A stretch of DNA of 64,000 bases from Bigelowiella natans CCMP2755 (GCA_000320545.1 ADNK01002961.1:1-64000); one strand, 5' to 3'; shown: positions 37,567 to 51,777, counted from the stretch's first letter. Notes: generated from the sequence alone by a model not told the origin. Numbers and translations: made by a program.

Positions 37567-39071
37567 AGAACACATGTGTGTATATGTTCTTAGAACACAT
37601 CACTCGCTGAGGACACCGACAACGCACGCATAGAAATCAAACTCAATGCACCTCCGGATAATCGTCATGCCTGCCGTATACAAGCTCGCCCCGGGGTAGG
37701 GGAGCGGTTTCTTGCCCCGGGGTCTTGTAGAAATATGGCCAATGAGAAACCCCATCTAGGTCAAGATCTAACGCCTTGGCGACTTCAGTGGAATTTGTAG
37801 CTTCGATCAGCGTAGGCACCCAGTCGGCAGCGTGCATCAGGTTTGAGTAAGTCGCGCTCGGGGCCGGAGGTTTGCGCTTCGAGCTCCAAAACACAGCCGT
37901 ACCGCGAGTACCCCCCTCCCAGATCGAGTGCTTTCCTCCCTTGAGCGGGTAGTTGGACGCCCCGATGGCATCCCCAGTGAATATGGGGCCTTTGCGGGGG
38001 AAAAGGGGTGAGTTTGAGAGTTAGGAGGTTTGAATAATGTCGTGTTTTAGAGCCAAGCCTACCCCCATTATCCGTGGTAAAGATCACCAGAAGATCATCG
38101 GAGAGGCCGCGACTCTTCAGTGCCGCGGTGACGTTTCCAAGACCCTCGTCCATGCACGAAAGCATGCCGGCGAAGGTCCTCCGCTTCATATCTGGAATGG
38201 TGGCGTTGTACCTGAGCGAGATATTTTCAAAACTTAACTCCTTTCTTCAAAGAAAAATGTGTGGGGAAGGTGGGGAGGGGGGGGGGGGGGGGGGGGATAG
38301 GACTAGGGGAGCGGGGGCTTGATTTTTTAATGATGAAAAACTTATTTTTTTTGGAATTTAAACGCACCTGTCACGGTAGGACGCCGGGACCTGTGCGGGA
38401 GAATGAACTGCCTGGTAGGCAAGATAGAGAAAGAGAGGGCGAGAGGCGTTATGGTTCTCGATAACCTTTACCGCTTGCTCACTGAATACTTTCGTAGAGT
38501 ATCGTCCTTGGGCCTCAACCGCAACACGCGAGCAGCCATTCCCGCAGTTAGGCCCAGCGTCGTGATGCATATCATAGCCGCCGGCGCTCGTATGCTCGAA
38601 GTAGTCCTCCCCGCCGCTGTAAAACCCGTAGAAGGAGTCGAAGCCACGAAACGTCGGCGTGTGCTTCCATTTGTAGAAACCGAGGTGCCACTTCCCGACG
38701 GCGTGCGTCGCGTAGCCGCTTTGCTTGAGGACTTCGGGCAGCAAGGTCTCGTTCAGAGGCAGAGCGGAGGCTTTTTTCACTTGGATCCAGTCATTGACGG
38801 TGTTGTGTAGCGGATACCTGCCCGTCAGGAAGGCCGCGCGGGAGGGGCTGCAAACGGACTGGACATAGTACTGCGTGAGCTCCAAGCCCCCCTCTCGCAG
38901 CGCATCAACGTTCGGGGTAAGAATTTCGTGCGACCTGAACCCGACATCGTGCCACCCCAGGTCGTCCACAACCACCCAAAGCACGTTGGGCTGAGTAGGG
39001 ATGGAGGCCGGGCTCGCAGCGGGCAAAGCGCTGGCTAGGAGGAGCGAAAGGAGGGCGTTCATGTTGGCCAT
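36986..39071 (-). CDS. Secreted arylsulfatase (ARSB/I/J-like formylglycine sulfatase)
   Basis: Signal peptide, PNVLWVVVDDLGW, CSPSRAAFLTGRYP, GKWHLG, TTDNGG, MHAADWVPTL, QLFNV.DDP.E. Confidence 0.95.
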
Positions 39072-39725
39072 CCCCGCTCGAATCTACTGTTTTACTGTGC
39101 TTAGGAGTGTACCCACCAACAGACACCGATGTTGTATGTCGCCTTGTCAATCGGTGTTTGTCTCGGTGTTTTCGGCGGTTTCTACTCGTATTATATTATT
39201 GGCATAGTACATGTAGATCAACGTTACATGTCCATTTCCATTGATTTCCTGATTTCCTGGATTTCCTGGATTTCCTTCATGTCGGACGAACGCCAAGCAG
39301 TCTTCGGCCTGGCTGGCGGCGGAGCAATTTTGAGCGAGCTAGACCCTAGGGCCATGTCGCAGAAGAGAAACGGCAAGCGATTCTGATATCCCACGCTATT
39401 TTCAAAAGACCCGGCACAAAATCCGATGTCTCTCGCTGGAAAGGAACGGCGAATTCCGGGAATTCGACTTTGGATTTTATGAAGTTATGCCAAGTCGACT
39501 TTGGTCCAAATCGTCAGTAAAATGGGGTGAATTAGCATGTCGCACGTGGAAAATTCCCATTGTTTCTTTCCACATTTTTTGGCCCTTTCCATCGTAGATC
39601 TCTACACGCCTTCATCTCATCCTGCAAACAACATTTCAACAAGGAAAAGCTGCCGCTGAGATCGTTCCAGGGCGCTGAAGGCACTGCTTCTTAGCTTCGT
39701 TTATTGTGCGGTCTTAGTGCCCTGG

Positions 39726-42331
39726 ATGGAGGAAGATCTGAAGGCGTTCTGGAAATCAGCTGAGATCAGCAATACATGGCAAAATGGAGGTTCGGTTAGA
39801 AGTAAGTTCTCAATTGGCTCTAGTTTGCATCCCCAACAGGTTTTCGTAACAGTGTTGTCCTTTGTTACTTTTACACTTATTACCCACCTTGATTCCGGCA
39901 TGATAGTGTTCTCGTTTTATACACTATAGGAAACTAGGCCTAGGCAAGGCCGTGAATGGGAAGCTATACCAGTCCGATTTTTCAATAACCCAACCCAAAA
40001 ACACGCCTTTCTTTGTCTATACCTACAAAGCGATAATTCCAAGTTAAGGTTTAGCTCCGAAAATGCGAGGGAAAAAACTTTATTTCGCGCAGCGAAGTGT
40101 TCCAAAAAATCCACTAGGAAAACAGTTTTGGAAACTACCATCGAAATGTTCTGCAATGAAAATAGTGCAATCAAGGCTATAGTTACTGTGTCATCTAGAG
40201 AAAATTCTAAGGGTAGTGAAAATACGATCCAAGTGCAAGCTTCCGAGGGAAAATCAGACACGTTGCATTCAGACCAAAGATCAACTGGAAGAGCCCGTTT
40301 CGCCGCTGTATACCTCCACGGATGGATTAATGTTAAAGTGAAGATATCATCGAGCAGTTCCTTCGATTTCAAAAATTACAGAATCGCTGATGTGAGAATA
40401 GAAGATCAAGATGGCTGCTCCTATGGAAAGGTGTAAATTTAGAAACATTGCATGTTGTCGCAGGATACCTTTCAATGCTTATCTCATGATTACATTATTT
40501 GGTTTGTGGCGATTATTTAAGTTCGCTCTCAGTTGCATAATATATGATATAAGACCCTCAACCTAAATCTTTAGTTTGCTTGTATTAATTTTCAAATGCA
40601 CAGGATTCTGTCCCAATCGACAGCAGAAAGCGTGAAAGAGAGGTCCAAGCAAACGATAGACCAAAGGGAAATATTGTAATAACATTTGAAGCCTCAATTC
40701 CAGAGGATCAGCATCATCTCTTAGTCAAGCGCTGCTCCCAAGGAGGAAATCCTGAAGATCGTATAAAGTTCAAAATAAGCACCGACTTTACAAACACGCT
40801 GCGAAACGATGGACACATAGTCGATGTTGTTGAGGTAAGTTCTTTGGGAGAAGGATCAGCCAGTAGCCATAGTGAAGATACTATTGTCTCGAATGTGGTT
40901 GAAAAGATATGGATAGTCTGTTTTAGATTCGATAAGGCTTACCATGATGAGAATGGGTTGTCTTCTGCAGACGTCAAAAAATGTACAGATGCTTGCATTA
41001 TAGCACATCAAAAACTTTTTAATTCGCAACCTAAGAATGTCGCAACGAAAAGCGGAAGTATCATTGTAAGTTTTAAGATTACAAACGATCAAGTGCTTTC
41101 TTTTATTCAAAAACGGCTGGCCTTTCGAGATTTCTTCATCAAAAGTAGCCGCATTAAGAATGGCGACGGTACAACTTATTCGTAATATCTTCATTTGACT
41201 AGAGTAAAAACTATCTTTATACACAGGTGAAGCATACGACAAGGGCATGGTGCCTACAATGAGCATCTGGAATCAAAGCACTGCACGTCTGCAAACAAAA
41301 GGGGGCTTTCCAAAAAGGGTTCAGATTCAGCTTGCTTGTCCAGATCAAAAGACAGCGAGGAGTATCATCAGAGACATCAAGGAGAAGGAAGGAGTGTGGA
41401 GTAGATTTTCTATCAATGTAACTTTTTAACTTATCAATGTAACTTATGAGCTAATTTTTTCATGAAATTCTGGAGGGTTGTTACAGATGATATCATGTGC
41501 TTTTGTTTCCTGACTTTTGCATAGGCCATTTTCATTGACGGGGAAAGGCTCATCATCTACAACCCAATGGAAGTGGAGGAGGAAGAAAAAGTATGCTAGG
41601 GATAATTATGTTAGATGAAAAGAGATCACGTGAATACATATATGTACATGTATTTAAATAAAAATGTATTGACTAAAACAAGCAATAATATACATATCGT
41701 GTTTGCGTTTGGTTGTATACAATGGGGAAGGAGAGGGCCGAAAGAGAGGAAACTGTCATGGAAAAGAAGGAGGAGGATTGCAAGGCAAATGTAAATCATT
41801 TTCCCTTTTCAAAATAAATACCTTTCCCTTTGTAAACAGAGGCCCGTTTCGAACACGAGCCAATACTACATCAAATACCTACTTAACCTCGCTTTATTTG
41901 GAAATCATAATTACATCGTCTGAAACTTTATGGTAGGGGGGGGGGGGAATGGGGTTAATATTGTTTGATATTTGTGACAACACTTTGGTTTTGCAGCTTC
42001 TACATATTGCGGCTAAATTCGGAAAGGTCGGTGAAATACGTTCTCTGATTGAAAACAATGCTGACGTCGAGGCCAGAGAATATAGAGGGTGGACACCGCT
42101 GCACCATGCTGCTAAAGAGGGTCGAGTAAATGCCGTTAGGTTTCTCGTTGAAGAGGCCAAAGCCAGTATCGGGGCTCAATGTAAATCGGGAAGAACACCT
42201 TACGATGTCGCAACCGACAAAACCATCATGAAGTATCTGGTAAAACATTATAATACGATTGGTTCGGTACAGATTCGGAGCTTTGACATGAATACATTTA
42301 TGTATTTTATATATTTATATTATATATTTAT

Positions 42332-42396
<65 letters not shown>

Positions 42397-43015
42397 TGAG
42401 GGGGACAAAATATAATGCGCGTCTACACATATAATTGGAATTAATGGACAGATATTTATATATTTACTAATAGTATTTCTGGCCATGGCGGCTATATAGA
42501 TGTCACAGCCGTCTCCGCAGACTAGTGATGGGAAAAACGCCTTGAGCGTTGCCAGGCACTCCTGCAATTCTGAGCGTGTGGAATCTCTAGAATCAAGCAA
42601 AATTCCAAAAGATAATGTGTCAGGATCTGGGTCATTTTGGAAGAGATATGGGCTCGGTGCGATTTGGGTGACAGCAGCACCAATTGTATATACAACAACA
42701 GTGGTGGCGGCAGGGGTAACTACAGCGGCAGGGGTTACTACAGGGGCGACGATAGCCGCTCCAGCTGCTGCATTGGGGGCTAGCGCATATTGTGTAGTTA
42801 AGGGAGTCAAAGAGATATGGAAAGCGTACGTAGCGCCGAGGGAGAAGCAGTCCCTTGAAAATGAAAAGCTCACAGCTCAAGATGAGAAACAAAAAAGCAA
42901 AGGTGATCATTATGGCGTAGCTGCGAATCTAGGGAATACGGCACGCAAAAATTCTGAGAGCAGGATGAACTCCTCGCTTTGTCATGCAATGCCTGGTTGT
43001 CCAAATGCTGAATGA
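39726..43015 (+). CDS. Ankyrin-repeat protein with unknown N-terminal region and hydrophobic Ala/Gly-rich C-terminus; exon model partial
   Basis: LHIAAKFG..LIENNADVEAREYRGWTPLHHAAKEG..GRTPYDVA at 41997-42260; plus-strand coding exons at 39.9-41.6 kb and 42500-43015. Confidence 0.65.
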
Positions 43016-43993
43016 ACTTTGGAATGGGTCAGCATTGGAGCGAATTTCAACGCACAATGTGTCAGGACCTGGCTAGCTGGGTCGTTTTCGAAGAGACATG
43101 GAGTCAATGCCTCGATCGCGGAGCGCCGAAGAAGAATCAGTCTCTTGAAAATTGAAGCTCGGAGTTCAAGACGAGAAACTAAAATGAATATGAACCGCTG
43201 CATGCACAGTTGTCATAGCAGACGTGCAGAATGCAACATTGCATGGCGCCGTCGTGTCTATTGCGTTTCGTCGTTTCAATGGCTGTGGACAAAGTGCACA
43301 CCCTCGCGTCATTTGTCAGTATCAGTTGTAGTATGATGAAATGACAAATGCGTGCAGCTGAGTTCACATTAAACAGCAATCGCCGTGCTAGCAACGTGTC
43401 CAATCAGCTGCTGTTCCTTTGCGCATGCGCATACGAGTTTGCGCATTTTCTGTTATTGTTCAAGCAGCATGCATTGAAAACATGTTGCAAACAAGTGAGA
43501 AGTGATTTTTGCATTTTCTGTGTTCACATGGTAACTACAACATGCACGTAACGTCTAGTCAAACAGAATCAGGCGCACAATTGCATGGCCACGTTCTCCT
43601 TGTCTTTTCCCCTCATTGGTCTGATTGCATTTCTCACAAGCACATGCATGTGAACATGAACCAATGAATAGCTGAGCGATCAATGCCAAATTCCATGTGA
43701 TGCACATGTCATTCGTAACGCTTTCATGGAAGGCCAGATCAAAATGTTCTTGAGAGCACAACATGATAAAAAGGCCTCTTTCTGCGGCGAAATGATTGCT
43801 ATTCCAGCGGCCTACAGCGCCGCACATTTGCATGACCACAAATCATGTGACGGAATGCTGTCAGCAGTGAGTGGCGCTCAATGCAACTTGACGATCATTC
43901 TAGCATTGTTTTACAGGTTTTGTTACTTTCAAGGTGTTTGTAGTAGACCCTTTCAGTGCTCTCTTCAAACGACCATGCTGTCCCTGCTAGGAG

Positions 43994-44742
43994 CTACGGA
44001 GCCTCTGTGATCCATGTCCGATCCCAACACAACCCCATTCTCCTCCATCTAGAACCATCAAAGAGGAAGATTATTTGCTTGTGGATGTAATGTTCGGAGA
44101 TTTGTGTGCAGAGTTTTATTGCAGTCCAACATAAGGGGGGGGGGGGAGGTACACCTGCACGGCTGCAGCAATGCGCCTCTGGCTGAAGATGTACACATCC
44201 GCATCCTTTCTTTTTTGCTTGTTCCTTCGTCGAATACAAGCCAGAAGCTGATGATTGCCAAGGTGTGCGTGTGTTAACGATGCGTCCAATGATCGATCGT
44301 TAGAATTAGAGGAATGAAATGCTTACAATGCAACAACAGCAGCAGAGCAGAAGGAGGACACCAGCACAAACTAAGATGAGAAGTAGCACCTGAATGAACA
44401 CGGATCATGAGCTCATATCATCATATCAAGCACATCGGGCAGATTGTAAATTGCGTTTTTCAGACGCGAAAAGTGGGAAATGAGATCCACTCCAGGTCGA
44501 CCACTCCATAGACTCTCTCAAATAATAAAATATTGAATGGCACATAAAGATTATTGTCACCGTGAGCCCCCCTCCTCCACCGCCATTTGAATCTGCGTCC
44601 AAGAGCGTGGTATTAGTGCTGTTTGCTGTCGTCGGGCTCAGCGTGGGCGCCTAAGTGTTTGGTTGTATGTATGCGTAAATTCGGACCGAAATAACGGTGG
44701 AGTTCTAGATATGTACAGAGACAGAATCATATAATATATATT

Positions 44743-44781
<39 letters not shown>

Positions 44782-44859
44782 CTATATATCAAATGTATAC
44801 TAACATATATAATATTGATTCTCAAAGCTACGTCCAGAATATATAATTTTATATAAAAT

Positions 44860-44899
<40 letters not shown>

Positions 44900-46040
44900 T
44901 ATTTATTCACACTATACATATTATTTATAGACGTTTGATTCTCAAAGCTGCGCTTTGCTTCAAAAAGAGGACTTACCGCAATTGTAGGCGAACTTGATAA
45001 GAATGCAGCGGATGGTGCTTGGGTGTGATTGTATGTCATAGACGTCGGCGCCTGTGAGAATATTGGCGAAGTGGAAGGATACAGTGTGGGATTCACTGTT
45101 GGGACGCGTGATGGAGAGGATGATGGATCGATCGATGGCGCCATTGTTGGGCCGAATGATGGCGACGCTGTAGGTACCATCGAGGGATTAATTGTCGGAC
45201 TAATTGATGGAGAGGATGAAGGACTTAAAGATGGTGCCGTTGTTGGCCCGAATGATGGCGACGCTGTGGGAGTCATTGAAGGGTTAGATGTTGGATTAAT
45301 TGACGGAGAGGATGAGGGACTTATAGATGGCGCCGTTGTTGGCCCGAATGATGGCGACGCTGTGGGAGTCATTGAAGGGTTAGATGTTGGATTAATTGAC
45401 GGAGAGGATGAGGGACTTATAGATGGCGCCGTTGTTGGCCCGAATGATGGCGACGCTGTAGGAATCATCGAGGGATTTGTTGTCGGACTAATTGATGGAG
45501 AAGATGAAGAATAGACAGCGACTGTTGGACTGGAAGATGGTGAGGCTGTAGGAAATACCGAAGGGTTACTTGTTGGGTTAAGAGACGGCGAGGATGAGGG
45601 ACTTATAGATGGCGCCGTTGTTGGCCCGAATGATGGCGACGCTGTGGGAGTCATTGAAGGGTTACTTGTTGGGTTAAGAGATGGAGAGGATGAAGGACTT
45701 ATAGATGGCGCCATTGTTGGGCCGAATGATGGCGACGCTGTAGGAATCATCGAGGGATTAATTGTCGGACTAATTGATGGAGAAGATGAAGGACTTAAAG
45801 ATGGTGCCATTGTTGGCGATGCTGATGGGTTCGCCGTAGCACAAGGATCTGTCCCAAACCTCGGAAGCTGCGAAGATATGAGGGCGCTAGAAGTGGAGAA
45901 GTCGTTGTAACTTTGAACACTACCAACGCACCAGCCACTGAGATCCTATATTCGTGTACACGATGAAATCATAAACGCTTATTTTTGGCAAGACAAAGAC
46001 AATGCGAGCGTGAAACTAAATAGAGAGAGAAATAGAGAGA

Positions 46041-46083
<43 letters not shown>

Positions 46084-46825
46084 TAGGATAAAAACTATTA
46101 TATTCTTCTACAGCGAGAGGGCCAAGTGCTCTCCTAGCTTGCAGGGACCCTTTCCCCTCTGCAAACACAGTGGGACTCTAGGTTTGCAGTACCTGACTAA
46201 ATACGGATGCTCCGTTGAACGTGTGCGCCATGCTCGAGACCGACTGAACGTTCCAACTAGTAACACTTTGATTGAACGCCGAAGCTTGGTAAAACATGCT
46301 TTCCATCGTCGTGACTGCACTCACATCCCAGCTACCAATGGCCCCATTAAATGCGGAGGCCTGGTAGAACATCTTGTCCATCATTGCGACCTTGCTAGTG
46401 TTCCAAGTGGCGACGTTGCCATTGAACGAAGCTGCGTTATCGAACATCTGCGTCATGGTTGTGACTTTGGAGGTGTCCCAGCCGCTGAGGTCTCGGTTGA
46501 ACGAGCTGGCACCGCGAAACGTTTGGTACATGTTGGTAACACTAGATACATCCCATCCCGAAATGTCTTCGTTGAAGGAGCTCCTCCCGTTGAACAGGCC
46601 ATTCAATGAAGTGACATCACCGGTGTACCAATTGACAATGGGGCCGTACTGCGCCTCGGCGCCGACTTTGTACCCGAACCAGTAGCTCACTGCTGCAGTT
46701 ATGGTGCCATCGGTTATGGGGTCGCAGTCCACATTGCCCGTGTTCGTGGTTGTGCATGCAGCACTAGACAGGAGGCAAAGGCTTGTTGTGAGAGCCTGTA
46801 GCACTGGACGACTCTGCCGGGGCAT
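43994..46825 (-). CDS. BspA-like/DUF285 surface protein with P/S/T stalk and C-terminal TM; 3' end approximate
   Basis: Signal peptide; [23 protein letters not shown] repeats; PTASPS stalk; TM exon [19 protein letters not shown]. Confidence 0.85.
45095..45815 (-). repeat. 96-bp coding tandem repeat (PT/PS stalk)
   Basis: Unit [32 protein letters not shown], ~7 copies. Confidence 0.9.
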
Positions 46826-47539
46826 CGAGAGGCCCCCTTTCAATTGTAGAGCACCGTGGTTACCGGACGTTTACGCAAAACCGATTGCCTTGTCGCAGGA
46901 TCAGGACCTGCGCGAATCCTCCGCGTTTTGCTCGTGCGCATTTCCCTCCGCGCGTGCCTTTCTGGCTCTGGCTTCTCACGAGGCAAAATTTAGCATATTT
47001 TACGTAATTATGTCCTCGAGGCCTTGAGCATGGACGAGCCTGGACAGTGCGTTTCGTTTCTGTTTCTTGAATCTTAAAAAGACGACAAGGCTCCGAGCGC
47101 TTTTTTTTTTCCTTATTTTGTCGAGTTACCCAATACAGATGGAGATTTTGAACAGCGACAACGATTACGACAGCATTTTGCACTTCGTAGTTGCTCCGAC
47201 ACGATCTGCATTCCAAGAAGTCGTGACGACAAAGAAAGTCGGGTTGTCGTACCTAATTTTTGCGGCTTTATCTTTTCCAGAAAAACTGCGCTTGACCGAA
47301 GCGCGTGGGGTTCGAAGTGTTCGGAGAATGTGTTCTGCATAATTTGGCGGTGATTCTAGACTGCGACAATGAATGTAGTTTGTCGTAGTATAAAAACATG
47401 ATATTTTTCTTCCTTCCTCTGGTAGTCATCATCATAACCCATCCGCCCCTCCTCCGTTCGCACCATTCGTACTACCTCGAGAAGAGCAAACTAGTCTTAG
47501 ATTCGAGAGGCATTCTCCTGTTTCCGTAAAAGTAATCAT

Positions 47540-48546
47540 TGGATCGTCAATCTCCTTCGTCAGGAGGTCGTTTCAGGTCTCTCCTCCCAAGGAATCCCCA
47601 TTTGCTTTTCCATGATCATATCCATTCTCAGCGTGTGAAGAACCGCACTCGGCAGTATAAGCGACGCCTTAGTCTTCGAGCAAAGAGGCGATTTTCTGCT
47701 CAGCGGTATGTTCCATCGGACCAGTGGTACCGCAAACCGAACACTCGGCATGACAGCTACAAGTGAGTCAGCTGCCCTTCCCCAAGTTCCAGCGATCACC
47801 ATCGCTTGTCGCGGTTTCGATGCGCAGCGGGGAAAAAACTTCCTTGAAACGGCATGCATGCTCACTTGTTTCCATCGTTGGTGTGTGCTTTCGGTTGAAA
47901 GGTTTCCTGCAGATGTAATCGAGGCTTTGCGCCAAGAGCAGCAATGTGATCGAAAAATGCTACAGAGAGGGGAAGACAACAGAAATTTATCGAAGACTGT
48001 CTTAAAGCCGCCTTCAAGTAGCGTCAATAACGAGTGTCGTTTGAAGCGAATCTCCCGCCGACACCGAGCAAGACGCCCTGATAGACCAACAAAGCGCGGC
48101 TCTCTTCTACCTCTTTCACTCCAGGTAGCTCATACGCATTCAAACAGATCACATGTGTGTGTGTGTGTGTGTGCGTGTGTGGTTGTGTGTCTTTGTGTGC
48201 GCTGTGGTATGATGGAAGAGATACACAGTTGACAAGGCCAAAAAAACGTATGAATGGCATTACATCGACAAAGATAACACACGCGCACAAACGCACTACA
48301 TGTACAATACTTAAGAGGAGACCTTAGCGAGTTTGCGAATTAACTTACACTTTGAATACAGACTCTCAGTGTAGTAGGAGATGGAAAGGAAACTAGACCG
48401 CCCCCCCCTCCTGCAGCTCCGTGGACACCCAGTAATCCAAGCTCGACGTTGATCTCAAGTAGATTTTCATCATATCGAGCACATCTTCTTTAGAAAGAAC
48501 ATGCCTTTGACTAGATCCATACAACACACACACACACACACACACA

Positions 48547-48587
<41 letters not shown>

Positions 48588-49114
48588 CACAGAACAATAT
48601 ATAGCCGATATAGAGTCTCTCATAGACTAGAAGCCTTTCGAGCTGTGCCCCCACATCTCTTTTCACTAACCGTGTGTCGCACTGCCGCTGCCTGTTGGCA
48701 CGCGTGTTGATAGCATATAGTCGGCACGATACTAAACACGGGGCCGATTATCGGAGAAGAAACAGCGGCAGAGGCTTTCCCAGAAACCATACTTATGGCA
48801 CCAACGAACTCAACGGTTTCGATCAGAACGCACAGGGGGCCGAAGGTCCTCGTGGAGATGACAACGTTTTCTCGAAAACCCCGCAAGCCAGCGACTCCGC
48901 ATCCGTGATGTCGCAGGTAAAGAATTTGTGGATTGGTGCAAGTGCGGAACCCATGAGTTACAGCGACAGCCCCCCCCCTCCTCGAAAGACAAACACTCAG
49001 ATTCGACCAATGATGTTGTGCACGCGAAGGCACACGAATGAACATACGCACGCATTTGCATTGTCCCATCAACAAACAGAGATATCTTGTATGTATTTAT
49101 TAATATTAAATATG

Positions 49115-49153
<39 letters not shown>

Positions 49154-49656
49154 TTGTACAGATTCGAATACACAGTTGATGTCGTTGTTATGACACTGAA
49201 ACGACCCCCTCCTCGATCCTCGCGCAACAACAGGCTCATGCCCAAGCCCATTCGCATCTCAGCATTCCACAGCTGCGCCAACGAAGAGAGGCTGCCTCTG
49301 GCTTTTTCTCAGACACAACCGTGGGCAGAGTGCAATCCGAAGTCTCCCAACCAGCGGAAACGCGTTGGGACAATGATGACGAGGCTCAAATTAACAGGAG
49401 CGAGGCACTGCTGCGCAGTAGGAGACCCTCTAGCATCACTCCAAGCTCGCCGCGCTCATTATCTCCCGACACTCACATCTTTTCAAGGTCGAAGAATGAC
49501 TTGATTTCACCACTCCCGCACCGCCGCAGCAGCGTCCCACAGGATGATGCACTCCGCGAAGAGAGAGCTGGGAGGCGTCTGAGTCGGCCCATCGGAAAGA
49601 TTCTACCTTTGAACATTAGACGACGAAGATGGAGGCACTGCTTTCATTGCGCATAG
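47540..49656 (+). CDS. Hypothetical low-complexity Arg/Ser-rich protein, multi-exon
   Basis: Plus-strand donors and acceptors flank open segments (48712-48917, 49312-49656). No domain recognised; frame not fully resolved. Confidence 0.4.
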
Positions 49657-49793
49657 ACGTGATGCGAAGACGGTACTCGCATGTACATCTTGGCAGCTAC
49701 CGGTGCGCATGCCTTGGTGGAATGCCGCGTCTAGCTCTTGAGCGCTGGCGCTGTGACTCCTTCTAGCCTTCTCTTGATGCACTGTAAGGGTAG

Positions 49794-50445
49794 CATTGCA
49801 AATCATGAGCTTTTCAAACAACGAACAGGTGTGCATGTCATGATGTGGTGCAAGCCAGCATGCATCTCCACAATTGCGCTGCATCGAGACACCATGCGCA
49901 TGCAAACAAGAAGCATGCCCATTGCACAGCTGCACAGTGACAACGACAACATCCATGAGCTAGTGATTGTTTGGTGATGTCTAGATGTTCTTGCCATGCG
50001 AGCTAACTAGCAAGCGGTACGATGCTCTAGCTAGCTAGTGCTTGCAAATGCACAAAAATCTAGACATGCGAAGAAATTGCACGACATGTGTGCTGAGAGT
50101 GTGACGCAATGATCTGCAAGTCCGATTTCAGCAGCAGCAACTCCATCGCAGCGTCAAATTGTGATGATCGAATGAGTGTGTGATGCCACATTTCACAACA
50201 TCACAACATTTGAGAATTCCACGTGACTGGATCACACATGAATTCTTTGACAATCTGCAATTTCCACATGCATGGCCAAGTTGCAGTTGGTTTTCTCAGG
50301 CACAAACCAGCAAAGTGATGGGCTTCCGTCGGAACAAGTGACCACATTTGATGCAGATTTGAAGCGGTCACATTCAGATTTACTGAAACGAATTTTGAGA
50401 CAAAAAAACACATCATGCTCGCAACCAATCATCATGTCAACGTGA
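49794..50445. other. TpA-depleted tract
   Basis: About 10 TA in 650 bp, 7 of them in CTAG; none between 50063 and 50380. Confidence 0.88.
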
Positions 50446-51777
50446 TTAGACTCCGGTAGAACCTGCAGTGGATCCTTCGTTGAACTGAGCAGAAGATGTG
50501 TCGTGCAAAGGGGAGGGGCCTGAGCGAGCCTTGTCAACCACACTTGGCTTCAAGCAGAACTTGTAGACACATGCGAACACAATAGCGCAGAAAACAATGG
50601 CGACTGCAATCGAGATTCCGGCCATAGCTCCTGCACTCATTTGGTCGTCATCATCATCCCCGCCGCTGCTTGCAGGAAGGAATGGCGCGTTCTTCTCCGC
50701 GTCGCAATTCACAACATAAGTCCTATTGAATTCGATGTTGCAGCCCCCGAGGCAGATGTCCTCAAAAACATGGAATCCAGTTTCAATCACCTCCGGAATG
50801 TCAGCGTCGCAGCAAGAATCGTGGTGCGCGACAACAGCGTTCCAAGCCGCCTCACAGGCCGCTGATTGGCAGTTGTCAAGGCTGCAACCGTTGGAGGCTT
50901 CGTTGAGAAAGTTCCATTGGTCCAACACCGCTGCCTGGTTCTCGCAGTCAACTACGCCGCAAGACACGAGCCCGGGGGTTTGGTACGGAGCAATGTAACA
51001 GTGCTGGCAGAAGGGCTCAAAGTCATGAATGCCTTCCTCAATGTTCTGAGGAATGGCATTCGCGTTGCAGCCGGAGTGGTATGATTCGACAATGAAGTAC
51101 GCGTCCTGGCAAACGGGGTTGTCGTAACAGTTGCAGCCCACATTGCACTCATTCTCCACCAAGAGGTTGAAGTTGGTAACAACGCGGTCCATGTCCCTGC
51201 AGTTGACCAGGCCCGCTACGGTGCACTCGCAATCCGGATTAGACTCTGGGATCTCGTCGCAAGTGTTATCGTGCCCATGACCGTGACCCTCTTCCCCATC
51301 CTCTGTAAGAGTAGCGAAAAACTCAATATCTCCATTGTCCGCGTCGATCAGGAAGTGAGCGTCGCGCTCAAATTCTGTCGGAACATGCGCCGTGTAAAGC
51401 CCATAAGGCCCTGCAGTGATAATCGTGAAGGGGTAAAGGCTGTCGAGTGCGCTTTGGTCGAAGACAAGAGTGACCCCAGTGTCCAACGGAAACATTTGGC
51501 CTGCAGTAACCATTTGAGTAGGTGCTTGGATTAGACTCTCCGCGTTGGAGGAGGCAGCCGTGAGAGCAGCTGCAGAGGTGTTTGTCAACGAAATCAGTGC
51601 AATGGCCATTTCGGGATCGGCGTAGGCTGCTTCCAAGAGAGGGCAACCCACCTTTTGGAATCGGAGAGAGTAGCTTCCCACCGGAAGCTCAACGGAGCCC
51701 GCCCATTCGAACTCCGCTGAGGCTAGGGGGGGGGCCAAGGCGGCGGCCAGCAGGAAAGAGAAAAAGCGACTGTGCAT
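50446..51777 (-). CDS. Type I membrane protein with His/Cys-rich ectodomain, putative metal-binding; intronless
   Basis: Signal peptide MHSRFFSFLL; FEWAG..YADP..AHVPTEFE..HFL domain; GHGHGHD linker; two Cys-rich repeats (C..A...V..(Y/H)H..C....IP..IE.G.H.FE..C); one C-terminal TM. Confidence 0.75.
   Translation of the reverse strand: MHSRFFSFLLAAALAPPLASAEFEWAGSVELPVGSYSLRFQKVGCPLLEAAYADPEMAIALISLTNTSAAALTAASSNAESLIQAPTQMVTAGQMFPLDTGVTLVFDQSALDSLYPFTIITAGPYGLYTAHVPTEFERDAHFLIDADNGDIEFFATLTEDGEEGHGHGHDNTCDEIPESNPDCECTVAGLVNCRDMDRVVTNFNLLVENECNVGCNCYDNPVCQDAYFIVESYHSGCNANAIPQNIEEGIHDFEPFCQHCYIAPYQTPGLVSCGVVDCENQAAVLDQWNFLNEASNGCSLDNCQSAACEAAWNAVVAHHDSCCDADIPEVIETGFHVFEDICLGGCNIEFNRTYVVNCDAEKNAPFLPASSGGDDDDDQMSAGAMAGISIAVAIVFCAIVFACVYKFCLKPSVVDKARSGPSPLHDTSSAQFNEGSTAGSTGV

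Noticed and set aside
45029-45910. Gly/Asp/Val-rich plus-strand ORFs; similarly 31994-32641
   Set aside because: Antisense shadows of Pro/Ser/Thr-rich coding regions.
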